Shown here piece by piece: positions 61,290 through 64,000 of a stretch of DNA of 64,000 bases. Position numbers and translations under genes: made by a program. How positions within the stretch are numbered: the stretch's first letter is position 1; each line of letters begins with the position of its first letter. This stretch comes from Takakia lepidozioides (taxonomy: Eukaryota; Plantae; Bryophyta): the NCBI GenBank assembly GCA_030704615.1, contig CM060732.1, positions 41,168,001-41,232,000 of the forward strand. The letters are read 5' to 3'. The notes beneath the pieces were generated by a model. The model was given only the letters and a program-made list of their open reading frames with translations, was not told where the DNA came from and did not search any database.

Positions 61290-63940
61290 TTACCAGCAAC
61301 TCTCCAGGCCAACTAACTGCAGCTGTAAAGGCGGCTAGTGTTGGCATCTTGCCCCGCTGGGCAGCCGCAATACCCCCAATGAATGTCACAGGGAGCTGTG
61401 CACGACGACCATCCCCTGACTGCCATCCAGGCCTGTAGGATGCTGACTCCTCCCAAAAGTCCAGGGTGAAGCCCATGGGATATAACACTGCCCCACCAAC
61501 AAGGACATCGTAAGAAACCGCGTCTGTCACAATGTCCTTGGCTCGCATCACTGAGCAGGATGATCTGGTTGTAGTCCAATGGCCAACTCACGCCGTGTCA
61601 TGCCCCGAGCCTGCTCTGATCCTCCCAGAGATGTCTGTATCTGGAAAGGACAAGGCTCCATATCCGCCTCCATGAGGCCCAAACCTGCAATAGCAGCTCT
61701 GCCCAACATCAGTGGCTGAGCTTCCGAGTCCAACAAGACCCACAATGGCCAGTACTTCTTGCCTGCCGGTCCACTCAAAGTGAAAATGTCTCCCTGGTTA
61801 TCTAACAAGACAACTCCAGGTGTCACCATGGCGCGCTCAAAGGCTGGCCTAGCTGGCAGCTCCGTCAACCTGGCAGCTGCAGCTTGCCATGACGCAGCCG
61901 TGGCAGTCTTGACCCTCAAATCCGAGGATCCTTCTGCCACTACACCTTTCAGTAACTCCGCAGAAGATGAAGTGACATCCCCACTCTCGTAGAGTGTTGC
62001 TGCTAATCTGAACACTGCAGCTGGTCTTATCCCCGGCGTCGCAATCATGGTTGCCGAGAACAATGGGGCTTGACACACAGAGGTGGCTGCCCCCAATAAC
62101 ACACCGGCTGCACTAGCCTTGGTAGCAGGTGTCAGTGCTACACGTGTAGCTCTCCCCAATGGCATAGTAACCTCCGCCTCGGTAACAGTCGGGCGAGAAC
62201 TAGGTGCCATGGATGGCTTCGACACTGTCTCCGCCAATGTGAATGACTGAGGAAGCCTCGCCTGACGGCTTGCCTCCCCACGTTGTGGATCCAATTCCAC
62301 CTCTGCACCTCGTGGCTCAGGAACTTGTGCTGCTCCTCGAGTCACGGCTGCAGCAGACTCCACCTGCACTAGTGGTAGTGCTGCTCCGCACATGAATTCC
62401 ATGTCTCCCATATCTCCTCCCTCAGGAGCAGGAGGTGGACCATCCCGCCTGGGAGCCGGTACCACCTGAGCTGTAGCCATGGCAGCGAGCCTCTGCTCTA
62501 GCTGCTGAAGCCGGTTGGCCATGTCTTGGTCAACACCCTGACCTCCGCGTCCTTGGCCATGTTGAGCTTGCCCTTGGCCTACACCTCGTGCCCGACCACC
62601 TTGTCCTCTCTGGGCTGGTCCACCTCGCCCCCGGCCACCATTTTTCCCTTGGAACTGGCCTGGGCGCAACTCAGGGTGCAAGTCATAACACTGGGCATCT
62701 CCATGCCCATACTTGCCACAATGCCCACACTGCAACTGTGCAGGCTGTGCTTGTGCCGGCCTTCTGCCACTCTCTGGGCAATCTCTCTTGACATGGGGTC
62801 CTCCACATGTCCAACATATCACCCCTGGTTGTTGTTGGCCTGCAAAAGATGCCACGGGCCTTTGCACCTGAGGTCCCATGTAAGCTCCATGGAACTTGGG
62901 TTGGGCAACCTTGCCCCCCTGACCACGTTGGGCAGTCCCTTGTACCTGTTGGCTGGCAGCTGCACCTCGTGCAGGCATGTCCTTGCCAAATCCAATGGTA
63001 ACAACTCGCTCCTCCACCATGTTGAGCTCAATCCGCTCAGCCAGTAGAAACACATCCGCTAATGTGGGTTGGGCCGCTTGTAACAGGGTTGCATCCCGCA
63101 CCCTTCTCTTGAGCTCCTTGTCCAAAATTCCATACTAGAACTGGACTGCCTGAGCTTCAGTAACCCCTTGGGTCACACTTATCAAGCGCCTCATACGAGT
63201 GTAGGCCTCTCGCAAGCTCTCACTGGATTTGCGCTGGAAGTCTTGCAAACTTCGCAGCTTCTCTGTCCGTACACCTTGGTAGTTCCTCCGCAAGTTCTTC
63301 CACTACTAGTTCTTCCAGTTGAATCTAGGCACATGTGTTGTAATTGTGGCAGGAGGAGTAGTAGCACCTTTTGAACTGGTACCACCTGCAGAAGTGTCGG
63401 CACTACTTGTTCCACTACTAGTGCTTGTAGTTGGAGATGTTTGTGTAGCTGCTGGTGTCACCGCTGCCCTTGTGCCTCTAGTGATTGAGACATAGTTAGG
63501 TGACCAATACTCTCGCCACTCCTCAATCTCCACCGCATGTCCCCGCCTAAATTCATGGTAATCATCCATGGGCGGCCCCTCAAGGTGCTGGAATAGCCCC
63601 TTCCACGCCATAAAGGGCGTAAACAGTTGTGGATTGCGCATTTGCTGCAAATCACACCAACTGTCAAACTCTTGTATAAAGTCATCAAGCTCGATGGTGT
63701 TCACAGCTCCAGAGTACCTACGTGGCCCCTTGGTAGCTCCATACATCTCCTCCATCGTGTCCCACAACAATGACACGGTAATGACTTGCACCCTCGGCGA
63801 GAATCCTCCTGACTCCAAGTCTGAACCTTCCTCAGAAGACACTGAAGGTGAAAGTGGCCTAAACCGCACACCTTGTCTTGTGTACCCACTAGTATCGCTG
63901 GTGCTTGTACCGGCACTCCCCTCAGCAGCTGGTGGCACCT
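61290..63940 (-). mobile_element. Ty3/gypsy-type gag + aspartic protease, frameshifted and 3'-truncated
   Basis: Gag N-terminus (ELDDFIQEFDSWCD...), zinc knuckles CWTCGGPHVKRDC and CGHCGKYGHGDAQC, protease VLLDSEAQPLMLG...YDVLVGG. No RT follows. Confidence 0.85.
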
Positions 63941-64000
63941 CCGTGATGAAAACTCACAACCCAACCGGTTGTCAACCTGTCTCTAATCCCCACTTTCTAC

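Overview
Eukaryotic nuclear DNA from a land plant, most likely a moss or other bryophyte. This is inferred from a moss-type class I KNOX homeodomain ending ...[17 protein letters not shown] and a PLS-class PPR gene. The left half (1-31 kb) is gene-dense. It holds class I KNOX (-), an S26/IMP-like peptidase homologue (+), an intronless PNGase A (-), eIF4E (-) and a 15-exon ARPC1 (-) whose introns carry non-LTR retrotransposon remnants. The right half (33-64 kb) is mostly nested, decayed transposons. These include a PPR pseudogene hit by two LTR elements, a full-length Ty1/copia with a foreign 1.68 kb insert in gag, two oppositely oriented Ty3/gypsy pol remnants, an RLE-type (Dualen/RandI-like) LINE fragment, a (TA)n-flanked DNA-transposon-like element carrying a SAM-domain ORF, and a large gypsy gag-protease. 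The most notable signals are: (i) a host gene fragment fused antisense to an LTR exactly at the tRNA-iMet PBS through sequence identity; (ii) a decayed Cys-rich, glycoprotein-like frame inside copia gag, possibly an endogenous RNA-virus sequence; (iii) a tail-less LINE family with a 14-bp TSD micro-insertion and a 5' inversion; (iv) SAM and Ulp1 cargo associated with a palindromic-repeat transposon; (v) two long hairpins. All family assignments come from manual translation and motif recall; no database search was run.
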